Notes: a model not told the origin generated them from the letters alone. A stretch of DNA of 64,000 nt from an uncultured Planctomycetales bacterium (GCA_964489065.1 CAZAXH010000005.1:90094-154093); one strand, 5' to 3'. Positions 42,799-51,807 are shown, numbered from the stretch's first letter. Program-made: numbers and translations.

Positions 42799-43371
42799 AT
42801 GGTCCTTGTTATCGACAATTACGATTCGTTCACATACAATCTTGTCCAGTATTTGGGGGAGCTGAAGGCGCGTGTTGCCGTATACCGCAATGATGCGTTA
42901 ACCGTAGAGAAGATTAAAAAAATGCGGCCGGAACGCATTGTGATTTCTCCGGGCCCCGGCCGGCCTGAATCTGCCGGGATTTCTGTCCAGACCATTCAGG
43001 AGTTCGCCGGGAAAATCCCTGTCTTGGGCGTTTGCCTCGGACACCAGGCCTTGGGCTACGCTTACGGTGCCGAGATTATCCAAGCCAAACGGCTTATGCA
43101 CGGCAAGACCTCCGATATTGTTCATGACGGGACAGGGCTCTTTGAGGGGGTTCCCAATCCTTTTGCCGCAACCCGGTATCATTCCCTTGTCGTGGACCCG
43201 CGGTCATTGCCGGACTGCCTGGAAGTGACCGCCCGGACCCGTGACCGGGACAGGGAAATTATGGCTTTGCGGCATAAAACATTTCCGCTATGGGGCGTGC
43301 AATTTCATCCCGAGTCGATTTTGACCCGTGAGGGGAAAATTATTTTAGCTAATTTTTTAAAAATGTCATGA
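42799..43371 (+). CDS. trpG: Anthranilate synthase component II (class I glutamine amidotransferase)
   Basis: GATase triad context (GVCLGHQ..), heads trpD-trpC-trpF. Confidence 0.8.
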   Translation: MVLVIDNYDSFTYNLVQYLGELKARVAVYRNDALTVEKIKKMRPERIVISPGPGRPESAGISVQTIQEFAGKIPVLGVCLGHQALGYAYGAEIIQAKRLMHGKTSDIVHDGTGLFEGVPNPFAATRYHSLVVDPRSLPDCLEVTARTRDRDREIMALRHKTFPLWGVQFHPESILTREGKIILANFLKMS

Positions 43372-44387
43372 AAGCGTATATTGAGAAATTGAAGCGTAAG
43401 GAAAACCTGACCATCCCGGAGATCGAATCTGTGATGGAGGTGATTATGTCCGGGAACGCCCCGGAGCAGATGGTGGCTGATTGGCTTCTGGCGCTGAATC
43501 TTAAAGGCCCTACGATAGATGAAATCACGGGGGCGGCCCGATTATTGCAAAAATTTTATTTGCCCGTTAAGAGCGGACATCCTTTGGTCCTGGATACGTG
43601 CGGGACGGGAGGGGATAAAAAGCATACTTTTAATATCTCGACGATCACGGCGTTTGTCGTGGCCGGCGCCGGAGTGGTCGTGGCCAAACATGGCAATCGT
43701 TCGGTTTCGAGTAAATGCGGCAGCGCGGATCTCCTGGAAGCTCTGGGGGTCAACATGGATATTGATTATCGTCTGTTGGGTCCATGCCTTGACCAGACCG
43801 GGATCGTTTTTTTGTTCGCCCAGAAACTTCATCCGGCGATGAAAAATGTCGCTCCGGTCCGAAAAGCGCTGGGCGTTGAAACTATTTTTAATATCCTGGG
43901 TCCTTTGATTAATCCGGCCCGGGCCACGCATCAGCTGATGGGGGTTTATTCCCGGGACCTTGTGAATCCTTTGGCCTATGTCCTGAAGAATCTGGGACTC
44001 AAGAGAGGTATGGTTGTCCATGGCAGCGACGGGCTGGATGAGGTGACCACGACCGGTCCGACGTTTGTTTCGGAATGGGATGGCCGGGCCGTGGTGTCTT
44101 ATGAAATCGACCCCCGGGAATTTGATGTTCCGTTGACGGGGCCGGACGCGTTGAAGGGGGGAGACCTGAAAAAAAATTTGTATATCGCCAAGGAGATTTT
44201 AGACGGCGTTCAGGGGCCGAGGCGGGATATCGTGGTTTTAAACGCGGCTTATGCTCTGTACGTTGCGGACCGGGTTCGGGATGTGCGGGAGGGCGTCAGG
44301 TTGGCGCAAGAGGCCATTGATTCCGGGAAGGCCAAAGCCAAGCTGGAGGCTTTGATTACTTTTACTCAAAACCCTAAAACTCTGTGA
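43368..44387 (+). CDS. trpD: Anthranilate phosphoribosyltransferase
   Basis: DTCGTGGD motif; 4-nt overlap with trpG. Confidence 0.9.
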   Translation: MKAYIEKLKRKENLTIPEIESVMEVIMSGNAPEQMVADWLLALNLKGPTIDEITGAARLLQKFYLPVKSGHPLVLDTCGTGGDKKHTFNISTITAFVVAGAGVVVAKHGNRSVSSKCGSADLLEALGVNMDIDYRLLGPCLDQTGIVFLFAQKLHPAMKNVAPVRKALGVETIFNILGPLINPARATHQLMGVYSRDLVNPLAYVLKNLGLKRGMVVHGSDGLDEVTTTGPTFVSEWDGRAVVSYEIDPREFDVPLTGPDALKGGDLKKNLYIAKEILDGVQGPRRDIVVLNAAYALYVADRVRDVREGVRLAQEAIDSGKAKAKLEALITFTQNPKTL

Positions 44388-44399
44388 GCGTGTGAAGCC

Positions 44400-45191
44400 T
44401 TGGACGATTTTCTGGATAAAATTATCGCGTATAAAAAAGGCCTTCTGAAGCGTAAGAAGGCTTTTTTTGATGTTTTGAAAACCCATGTCGCCTCGACCCG
44501 GATGACCCGTTACGGGCTGTTTAAAGAAAATATTTCCCGCCCGGGACAGGTCAACCTGATCGCTGAGATCAAGAAGGCGTCTCCTTCCCGGGGGCTGATT
44601 CGCCCGGATTTTCATGTGGAGCCTTTGGCGCGTGTTTATGCGGATAACGGGGCGGCCGCAATCTCTGTCCTGACGGAAAACAAGTTCTTCCTCGGCCGGC
44701 CGGAATATGTGCGTCGGGTCAGCGAGTGTGTCCCGCTGCCTGTTTTGACGAAGGATTTTATTATTGATGAGGCGCAGGTGTATGAGGCTTTTGTGCAGGG
44801 GACCAGCGCGGTTCTGCTGATCGTCGCGATTTTGGATGACGCGATGTTGGAGCATTTGCTTAAGGTCGCCTCCGGTCTTGACTTGGACTGTTTGGTGGAA
44901 GTTCACCAGGAGGCCGAACTGGACCGGGCTTTGAGAGCGGGGGCGGAGATTATCGGTATCAACCACCGGGACTTGCGCACCCTTAAAATTGATCCGGATA
45001 TCAGCCGGAGGCTTATCCCGGGAATCCCGGATGGAAAGGTGATCGTCGCAGAGAGCGGGATCCGCACGCATGCCGACATTCAAAGGCTTCGGGAACTGGG
45101 CGTCCACGCTGTTCTTGTCGGGGAAACGTTTATGAGCGCCGCTGATGTCGGCGCAAAAGTCCGGGAGGTTATGGATGGGGCCCTGCCATGA
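44400..45191 (+). CDS. trpC: Indole-3-glycerol phosphate synthase (TTG start)
   Basis: IAEIKKASPS motif, TIM barrel. Confidence 0.9.
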   Translation: MDDFLDKIIAYKKGLLKRKKAFFDVLKTHVASTRMTRYGLFKENISRPGQVNLIAEIKKASPSRGLIRPDFHVEPLARVYADNGAAAISVLTENKFFLGRPEYVRRVSECVPLPVLTKDFIIDEAQVYEAFVQGTSAVLLIVAILDDAMLEHLLKVASGLDLDCLVEVHQEAELDRALRAGAEIIGINHRDLRTLKIDPDISRRLIPGIPDGKVIVAESGIRTHADIQRLRELGVHAVLVGETFMSAADVGAKVREVMDGALP

Positions 45192-45295
45192 GGTCCCACG
45201 CCAGAAGGATTCGTGATTAAAGGTGTGCCCGCGGGGTCGTGGGATACTGGAATATCTTGGACAGAATGGTTGGTTTTGGAAGAAGGAGTGTTTTT

Positions 45296-45922
45296 ATGGT
45301 TAAAGTGAAAATTTGCGGGATGACCAACCTTCAGGACACGGTGCAGGCGGCATCGTGTGGGGTTTGGGCTGTTGGTTTTATTTTTTACAAAAAAAGTCCT
45401 CGGTTTATAGGCGCTTTTAAGGCCAGGAAAATTATTGATCAATTGCCGCCTTTTGTGACCCCGGTGGGAGTCTTTGTGAACCAGAAAGAAGGGGCGGTGA
45501 AGGATATCTTGCAGTTTTGCGGAATCAATACCGTGCAGTTCCACGGGGAGGAAACTCCTGAATACTGCCGCCGTTTTAAAAAACAGTGTAAAGTGATCAA
45601 AGCTGTGCGGGTGAATAATACCGTGGATCCGGATTCTTTAAAGAAGTATTCCGTGGACGCGTTTCTTCTGGACGCGTTTCAGGAAGGGGTCTTCGGCGGG
45701 ACCGGGCAAACTTTCCCTTGGCATTTGGCCAAGGCGGTCAAGGGACTGGGGGTTCCGCTTATCCTGTCCGGGGGGTTAAACCCGCAGAATGTCCTTTCGG
45801 CGCTGGAGTCTGTGAACCCGTATGCTGTTGACGTATGCAGCGGAGTCGAAAAAGCGCCTGGGCATAAAAATAATCATGCCGTGAAAGAATTTGTCAGTAT
45901 CACCCAGTTTTATCAAAAATAA
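45296..45922 (+). CDS. trpF: Phosphoribosylanthranilate isomerase (start at MVKVKICG)
   Basis: KICGMT motif; 45239 upstream extension lacks RBS context. Confidence 0.85.
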   Translation: MVKVKICGMTNLQDTVQAASCGVWAVGFIFYKKSPRFIGAFKARKIIDQLPPFVTPVGVFVNQKEGAVKDILQFCGINTVQFHGEETPEYCRRFKKQCKVIKAVRVNNTVDPDSLKKYSVDAFLLDAFQEGVFGGTGQTFPWHLAKAVKGLGVPLILSGGLNPQNVLSALESVNPYAVDVCSGVEKAPGHKNNHAVKEFVSITQFYQK

Positions 45923-45954
45923 ATTCCCGCATGTTGGAAAAACATGCGGGAATT
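45922..45954. terminator. Perfect 14-bp hairpin (AATTCCCGCATGTT-GGAAA-AACATGCGGGAATT) between convergent trpF and minus-strand FIST operon; U-tract on the minus-strand side
   Basis: Exact inverted repeat read from sequence; minus-strand downstream sequence TTATTTTTGATAAA. Confidence 0.6.
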
Positions 45955-45985
45955 CCGGTTATGAGCCCGTGCTCACGAAGTCCGC

Positions 45986-46216
45986 TTATTTAATGTAAAT
46001 TCTGGCCAATAAGGAACACGCGAGAATTTTGATGAACCCGTCTTTGTTCTTGAGGGCTTCGCAAATTTTAACCGCCTCATTCTTGGTGTATTCCTTTTTA
46101 TCCGGCAACCCAATGGACTGGCTTGTTTCTTTAATAAGCTTTTCCGCCCCTTCAATCCCAATCCCCTGCGCGTAGGCCTTTATAAACTCTTCTTTGGGAA
46201 CCATCACTTCCGTCAT
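45986..46216 (-). CDS. Hypothetical small protein (76 aa), co-transcribed downstream of FIST-domain gene
   Basis: Clean ORF with ATG, 32-nt gap to FIST gene stop, ends 30 nt before shared terminator. Confidence 0.5.
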   Translation of the reverse strand: MTEVMVPKEEFIKAYAQGIGIEGAEKLIKETSQSIGLPDKKEYTKNEAVKICEALKNKDGFIKILACSLLARIYIK

Positions 46217-46248
46217 GTCGTTTTGTCTCCTATAAAATTCATTCTATA

Positions 46249-47439
46249 TTATTCAGGGATCAGAAGGACAACCGTTGTCGTGTTGTGAAAACCGCTTAAT
46301 TGCCCCGGGATCAATCCAACTTCCCCATAGGTTTCAAATCCGATAATCGGTATATTGCCGATAACAGATTTAACGGCTTGGATGCCTTCAAAGAAACGGT
46401 CACCTAGGATTAAAGACCGGCACACACAGTCAAAAACAAAGGCCCCGGCTAACTTAACGTCCCCGACAGCTTTCATCGCCAGTTGCGCGGCCGTGCGGGC
46501 CGACTGAATCTGCGCTTCCTCGGGGCTTTTGCATACCCGCATAACAGACCCTTCCACCATGGTGCAGGCGAAGTTAAGGCTTCCGTTCCCGTCGGTTGAT
46601 AAGGGGACGCGTATTTTATAATCACCGCCGGTTTCCAGCCCGGCCTCATATTTGATAAGCAAAGAGCCAATTTCTGTGGGATCTTGCAGCTTGTGCACAT
46701 CAACGCCGGTTTTGCTGAGCTCTTCCTTAACGGCGGCTTTCCAGACATCAAAGGCTTTGTGTCCGTCAATTTCATAGACAACATTCGCTTTGGCCTTGGT
46801 GATCGTCATGGGGCCGGAAATCGGGGAATGCCCGTGTTTGACCCCGATCGCGACCGGTTTTTTGGAGAACATCATGCAGAGATTCAGCGCGTCGGAAAGA
46901 ACTTTGTCGTTCAGAAAGACTTTCGTTTCTTTAAACTTAAGGTCATCCCCGGCCGCGCCGCCGCTTAGGGTCATGTCCATCCCTAATTCGGATAAGGTCG
47001 CCAAGGACGCCTCCTCTCCGTTGCCCGCCAGGCCGTCAACGTGAAGGATGGCGGATTTGTGCGCATAGCCTTTGAGGGCGTCGGGGAAATTCCTTTTGGC
47101 CATATTGACGGCCGTGACAGGATCCGCTTTAAGCCCGGTGCCCAGCCCGGCAAAGAATTTATGCGTGTCAGACGCCAGCAACCCGCAGACGACGCTTTCT
47201 TTGTCGGCGCGGCTTTCATTGAATTCCCCCGCGGAAGAACAGCCGATCAGCAGGGCATGGCCCGTGACTTCATTAACCCCTTTGATAACTTGGGCGTAAT
47301 CATATTTGCTGGAGGCGTATACGACCGCCAAATCCGCTTTGGCCGCACCGAGTTTTTTTAAGCTTCCCTGGGCAACGGCCTTACCGGTTGCATAGCTGTC
47401 TGTCCCTTTGCTGATTGCGGTTGAAAACTTTGTTCCCAT
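46249..47439 (-). CDS. FIST-domain (FIST_N + FIST_C) putative ligand-sensor protein without fused output domain
   Basis: ~390 aa two-lobed FIST architecture (..LIGCSSAGEF.. and C-terminal FDCVCR motif). Confidence 0.65.
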   Translation of the reverse strand: MGTKFSTAISKGTDSYATGKAVAQGSLKKLGAAKADLAVVYASSKYDYAQVIKGVNEVTGHALLIGCSSAGEFNESRADKESVVCGLLASDTHKFFAGLGTGLKADPVTAVNMAKRNFPDALKGYAHKSAILHVDGLAGNGEEASLATLSELGMDMTLSGGAAGDDLKFKETKVFLNDKVLSDALNLCMMFSKKPVAIGVKHGHSPISGPMTITKAKANVVYEIDGHKAFDVWKAAVKEELSKTGVDVHKLQDPTEIGSLLIKYEAGLETGGDYKIRVPLSTDGNGSLNFACTMVEGSVMRVCKSPEEAQIQSARTAAQLAMKAVGDVKLAGAFVFDCVCRSLILGDRFFEGIQAVKSVIGNIPIIGFETYGEVGLIPGQLSGFHNTTTVVLLIPE

Positions 47440-47687
47440 AGAATTTCTCCTTTTTTGGCAAGTAATGACTTAATATTTTTTGTCTTTAAAGTAAAAGATG
47501 TTCACTGGATTTTTATTAAAGCACCTTTTTAAAAGGACTTTCCTGCTCGGAGGCAGTTTTGTATGACCGTTAGCCAGAAACAAATAATTTAAGTCAAGAT
47601 TCTATATGTATTTTATGTGTTGCGGGATAAAAAAAAAGCAATATTTGTTTTTTTTTACTTTGGCTGTAATTACCGGCTTTCCCCGCC

Positions 47688-47716
47688 TTGTCCCGGGCAG
47701 CATAATGTGTTATATT
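47688..47716 (+). promoter_or_regulatory. Sigma70-like promoter TTGTCC-17-TATATT driving the structured RNA/leader below
   Basis: Hexamers with 17-nt spacer; A9/T9 tracts 30-60 nt further upstream (UP-like); predicted TSS ~47722-47724. Confidence 0.45.
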
Positions 47717-47721
47717 TCAAT

Positions 47722-47953
47722 TAAGCCGATAAAGGTAAACCCGGGGAAACCCGGGGACACAAAACTCCAGACCTACGTTATTCGAGAACCGGGAGGGCCC
47801 CGCAGTCATGGGGGCGGGTGAAGACGATGCATGGGTGCGTAGGATAATAGGGTGGCTGAGTTGCCGTTAGCGAGTTGTGGGGTTGAGAGCCCGTCTTTAT
47901 CGGCTTATTTTTTAAGCCCTTATTATCCATCTCAGATAATAAGGGCTTTTTTT
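47722..47953 (+). ncRNA. Candidate structured sRNA or cis-regulatory leader (~230 nt): 15-bp long-range closing helix, GAAA-tetraloop hairpin, RBS plus 20-codon Trp-containing mini-ORF, alternative antiterminator, intrinsic terminator
   Basis: 47722-47736 pairs with 47893-47907 (13 WC + 2 GU); hairpin 47740-47755; ORF 47808-47870 MGAGEDDAWVRRIIGWLSCR; 47842-47852 complementary to 47917-47928. Confidence 0.4.
47914..47953 (+). terminator. Intrinsic terminator: 14-bp perfect stem AAGCCCTTATTATC / GATAATAAGGGCTT, 7-nt loop, T7 tail
   Basis: Read directly from sequence. Confidence 0.75.
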
Positions 47954-48057
47954 GCCCGGCCCGGGTGGGTGTTCCCGGGATTCCCGCCGCCTTCTGATAT
48001 TATTGATCTCCTCACAGTCTGGTTTTTCCATGAAAGTCTATCTTAATTTTAGAAATA

Positions 48058-48066
48058 TGTTATAAT
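48058..48066 (+). promoter_or_regulatory. Extended -10 element TGtTATAAT placed so that the downstream ORF would be leaderless or nearly so
   Basis: TATAAT ends 10 nt before ATG at 48077; no SD sequence. Confidence 0.4.
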
Positions 48067-48076
48067 ATCACCTCAA

Positions 48077-48379
48077 ATGAGCCAAAAGCTAATTCGAGTT
48101 TATCATGAATTGGATCTTCAAGAGGTGACCGATCATCTGCTTGTTTACGGTGATTTGTCCGGGGCCTGCGCCCATTGTCAGGCTGTGGATATTAAATTGT
48201 CTCAACGGCAGTGTCCGCAATGTCATAATGAATTTAAGTATATCGCTTTTCGAAATATCAAATCCCACTATCCCAAAGTGCACCAGCTGCGGGCCGAACG
48301 GCCCGAGGTTATGATCATTGATCATGAGGATTATAAACATATGATGGGGGCGTGGAAAGCGGAAGAGTTTTTGAAATGA
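48077..48379 (+). CDS. Hypothetical small zinc-ribbon protein (CxxC...CxxC), 100 aa
   Basis: Two CxxC pairs (CAHC, CPQC); stop overlaps start of M20 peptidase gene. Confidence 0.5.
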   Translation: MSQKLIRVYHELDLQEVTDHLLVYGDLSGACAHCQAVDIKLSQRQCPQCHNEFKYIAFRNIKSHYPKVHQLRAERPEVMIIDHEDYKHMMGAWKAEEFLK

Positions 48380-49521
48380 TACGGAAGCAAAGACTTGTTA
48401 GTTTGACGCAAAAAGTTTTGAGTATCAACTCCGAGAATCCCCCGGGCCGGGAATGGGATTTGGCGAAGTTTATCGAGCGGGACATGAAGTCGCTCGGCCT
48501 GGACGTTAAGCTTTACACGTTCGCGCCCCGGCGTCCAAACGTGGTGGCCGTCTTGAAAGGCCGGGGCCCGAGAACCCTGGCCGCCCGTCAGTCGCTGTTG
48601 ATCACGCCGCATTTTGATACCGTGCCTATCGGCCGGGGCTGGAAACAGGATCCCCTGGGCGGGAAAATTGTCCGGGGAAAAATTTATGGCCGCGGCGCGA
48701 CCGATGATAAAGGGAATTTGGCCTGTTGTATGGAAGTCATGCGCAGCCTTGTGGAGGACGGGGTGGCCTTTTCCCGGGACATTATTATGGCAGCGACCGT
48801 GGATGAAGAAACCGGCAGCCATTACGGGATAGTGCCTTTGCTGGATAAAAATATCCTCCGGCCCCGGACAGCGGTTATTCTGGACTCTGACGAATTCAAT
48901 ACGATTATCGCTCAAAAAGGATTGCTGCATTGCCGTGTCCAGATTGTTGGGAAAAAAGCGCATGGCGCGTATAACTGGATGGGGGTTAACGCGATTGAAA
49001 TCGCCGCCCGGGTTATCCAAAAACTCAAACAGCGGCGTTTTAAATTCTCCCAGCATCCTTTGTTACGTCCGCCCACTTTCAATATCGGGACGATTCACGG
49101 GGGGGACAAGGTGAACATGGTCGCGGACCATTGCGAGTTCAGCCTGGACGCCAGGTTCCTGCCGGGGATGAAGAGTTCGGATTTGATCCGGGATATTAAA
49201 TCCGTCGTTAAGTCCGAGGCCCGGAAGTTTAACGTTCTCATTGATGATCTGCAGCAGCCCTATGAGATCGACGCATCTCATCCTCTGGTGCGCACCTATG
49301 TGGACAGCGCAAAGTCCCTGGGACTGAAAACGTCCCTGAAAGGCAGTGAAGGCGCCACGGTGATTACTTTTTTTAAACGTCATAATATCCCGGCTTTCGC
49401 TACCGGGTACGGGGCCAGAGGGACGGCGCACACGACGGACGAATACGCCCGGGTCGAAATGCTTTTTAACGGCGCCAGACTGTTGGAGAAATTTATTAAA
49501 GATTACAGCGGAGAAGGTTAA
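48376..49521 (+). CDS. M20-family metallopeptidase (ArgE/DapE/CPG2-like)
   Basis: Metal-binding motifs (..GRGATDDKG.., HFDTVP), dimerisation-domain insert. Confidence 0.8.
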   Translation: MIRKQRLVSLTQKVLSINSENPPGREWDLAKFIERDMKSLGLDVKLYTFAPRRPNVVAVLKGRGPRTLAARQSLLITPHFDTVPIGRGWKQDPLGGKIVRGKIYGRGATDDKGNLACCMEVMRSLVEDGVAFSRDIIMAATVDEETGSHYGIVPLLDKNILRPRTAVILDSDEFNTIIAQKGLLHCRVQIVGKKAHGAYNWMGVNAIEIAARVIQKLKQRRFKFSQHPLLRPPTFNIGTIHGGDKVNMVADHCEFSLDARFLPGMKSSDLIRDIKSVVKSEARKFNVLIDDLQQPYEIDASHPLVRTYVDSAKSLGLKTSLKGSEGATVITFFKRHNIPAFATGYGARGTAHTTDEYARVEMLFNGARLLEKFIKDYSGEG

Positions 49522-50252
49522 TGAAAAGAAAAATGCTTGTCGCGGGGTGCTTTTTTATGACACTTTTTTTGAGCCCGGTCAACGGCCATGGCGGGGATCC
49601 GGCCCCGCTTCCGTTTTTATCGGGGGAGGAAATCCAGTATGATATCCGGAAATTCGGATTAAAAACCGGCAAGGCGGTCCTGCGGTTTGAAGGAATGACC
49701 GAGTTGGATGGCGAGGCCGTTTACCTCATCGTGTTCACCGCCCAGGCGGCGAATTTTTATGACGAGGAACGGATTTATGTGGATCCCGCGAATTTCCTGC
49801 CGCGGCAGGTGGAACGGAATCTTAATATTTTCGGGAAGAAAGAACAGATAGAAGAAGTGTATGATCGTCAAGCCGGTCAGATTGTTTTGACGAAACGGGC
49901 CGGCGGCAAGGAAACGCAGCAGACCCTTGAAAAAGAGGGACAGATTGAGAATATTTACGGATTTATTTACCGTTACCGCCGGGACGGAGAGTTTAATCCG
50001 GGTGATAGTATAGACATCGTGCTGCCGACCAAGGACATGTCCTTCCAGATGGAGGGGAAACAAAAGCTTGCGGTCGGTAAAAAAGTTTATGAGGCGTATA
50101 TTATGGAAAGCGACCCCAAACAATACCGGGTCTGGTTTGATAAGAGCCCGCAAAAGATCCCTTTGCGTATTGACGGCGCGGTGGGCTTTGGCAACACCTC
50201 CATGGTCCTGGCGCAGTATGAACAGAGCCGCCCGGAGCAGGTTGAAGAATAA
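49521..50252 (+). CDS. Secreted DUF3108-like protein
   Basis: Signal peptide; length and beta-rich pattern typical of DUF3108; start overlaps previous stop. Confidence 0.5.
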   Translation: MKRKMLVAGCFFMTLFLSPVNGHGGDPAPLPFLSGEEIQYDIRKFGLKTGKAVLRFEGMTELDGEAVYLIVFTAQAANFYDEERIYVDPANFLPRQVERNLNIFGKKEQIEEVYDRQAGQIVLTKRAGGKETQQTLEKEGQIENIYGFIYRYRRDGEFNPGDSIDIVLPTKDMSFQMEGKQKLAVGKKVYEAYIMESDPKQYRVWFDKSPQKIPLRIDGAVGFGNTSMVLAQYEQSRPEQVEE

Positions 50253-50263
50253 GGAACTGAAAA

Positions 50264-51187
50264 ATGGATCTCAAAGGCACGATTGTTTTTTCTTCCGGGA
50301 AAGCAGGGGATTACGATATTTTCAGCTTGAATTTTGATTCTCAGCATCTGGATCAGTTGACATCCGGTGAATTCTGGAACGATTGCCCGAAATGGTCCCC
50401 CGACGGTCAGCGGATCGTGTTTATTTCCAACCGTACTGGAACCCCGGAAATATGGGTGATGAATGCCGACGGGACGGGTGAACAGCGGCTCACGCACGAG
50501 GACCGGTGGCATAACGCGCCGGATTGGTCCCCGGACGGAAAAAGGTTTGTATTCTGCGCGAATTATGACGGCAACGTTAATATTTACACCATGAATATTG
50601 ACGGAACAGACCGGCGGCAAATCACGAATTATGAAGCCATGGATTATACCCCGCAGTTTTCTCCGGACGGGGCTAAAATTATTTATACTTCCAAGAAGGA
50701 GGGGAATGCGGATATCTGGGTTTATGATTGTCTGTCTGGCCGGAGTACGCGGTTAACCTCCTACGAAGGCCGGGATTACGCCCCCACGTATTCTCCGGAC
50801 GGCGCCAAAGTCGCATTTATATCCGGGCTTATCGGAGAGCAGGGGGAGGAAAACCTTGAGGTTTACGTGATGGATGCGGATGGAGAGAATATCCGGCGCG
50901 TGACCCGGAACCTGGGGTCGGAGCGGCATGTGGCCTGGTCTCCGGACGGGGAATATCTGATTTATGCGTCCAGTAAAATGACTTCTGCGGCGGAGCGGCT
51001 GATGGTGGTTGATCTGCAGACAATGAAGACCCGGGCCCTGAGGTTTAACCGTTCGGAGTTGGAAGCGAAAATCAACTCGCTGCCCCTGGCTTACGGAATT
51101 TTCTCCCTGCTGCCGGAAAGTCTTCGGAGAAAATTTTACCCGGATTACTATTTCGGTTCGGAGCGTTTCCCGGACTGGAAATATTAA
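50264..51187 (+). CDS. TolB-like beta-propeller protein (PD40/WD40-like repeats)
   Basis: Five or more repeats of (W/F/Y)SPDG(K/Q)..(F/Y).. Confidence 0.8.
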   Translation: MDLKGTIVFSSGKAGDYDIFSLNFDSQHLDQLTSGEFWNDCPKWSPDGQRIVFISNRTGTPEIWVMNADGTGEQRLTHEDRWHNAPDWSPDGKRFVFCANYDGNVNIYTMNIDGTDRRQITNYEAMDYTPQFSPDGAKIIYTSKKEGNADIWVYDCLSGRSTRLTSYEGRDYAPTYSPDGAKVAFISGLIGEQGEENLEVYVMDADGENIRRVTRNLGSERHVAWSPDGEYLIYASSKMTSAAERLMVVDLQTMKTRALRFNRSELEAKINSLPLAYGIFSLLPESLRRKFYPDYYFGSERFPDWKY

Positions 51188-51223
51188 GGTCGGTCAATAA
51201 AGACCATCCAAATCAAGGAGGGG

Positions 51224-51760
51224 ATGATGGCTAATTTTACGCAGATTATGCAGAAGCTAAACCAGGATTATGCCGTGGCCGTTCAGCAGGACACGGGTAA
51301 TGCTTATAGCAAACTTGTGACGATTTTTGAGGGACTCGATGCCGTTGCCCGCGAAACTATGCAGGATTTGGGCAAGGAGGAAATGAAAGCCATCATTCAG
51401 AAATTGGAAAAGGGGACAAGCTTGACGCCGGAGGAAAAAGCGAATATCCGGCTTTGGCTCGTGGGAGACGCGGACTATTATGCCAAGATGGAAAATAATG
51501 TCAACGACTGGAAGGCCGAATTGGAGCGTCTTGTACAGGAATTGAACCGCCTGAACGTGGCCAGCCCGGATGTTGAGACATTTTGCAAAATGCGCGGGCT
51601 GTTCCGGGACGGGGTGCGGGTGATCGCGGACTTGTTTTTCTATGCTGAACAACAGGACCGGCTCAATAAATTTAATGAAGCTATGCAGGAAATGAATGCG
51701 GAAGAAAAAGGGCTGTTAATTGGTTTATTGAAGCAGAAAATGAAATCGGCAGATTTTTAA
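51224..51760 (+). CDS. Hypothetical protein (178 aa), immediately upstream of trpB
   Basis: ORF with RBS AAGGAGGGG; no recognisable domain. Confidence 0.5.
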   Translation: MMANFTQIMQKLNQDYAVAVQQDTGNAYSKLVTIFEGLDAVARETMQDLGKEEMKAIIQKLEKGTSLTPEEKANIRLWLVGDADYYAKMENNVNDWKAELERLVQELNRLNVASPDVETFCKMRGLFRDGVRVIADLFFYAEQQDRLNKFNEAMQEMNAEEKGLLIGLLKQKMKSADF

Positions 51761-51807
51761 CGGTTCACCACCATGGGGGGCCGGTACGCGCTTACCGTGC
51801 GCACAGG

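Noticed and set aside
47848-47890. TRAP-like (G/U)AG triplet repeat array
   Set aside because: Only 5-6 triplets are present with irregular 4-13 nt spacing, whereas TRAP needs 9-11 triplets with 2-3 nt spacers. No mtrB-like context in the window.
47722-47907. MITE-like element bounded by 15-bp terminal inverted repeats (TAAGCCGATAAAGGT / reverse complement)
   Set aside because: No target-site duplication is evident, there is no second copy in the window, and the left repeat begins exactly at the predicted +1 of a good promoter, which favours an RNA helix. Not fully excluded, and mentioned in finding 1.
47841-47953. T-box riboswitch interpretation of the leader (AAUAGGGUGG resembles the T-box AAUUAGGGUGG)
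   Set aside because: The obligatory downstream NACCGCG portion that pairs with the tRNA CCA end is absent (the sequence is CUGAGUU). No Stem I with a K-turn or specifier loop is evident in the ~120 nt upstream.
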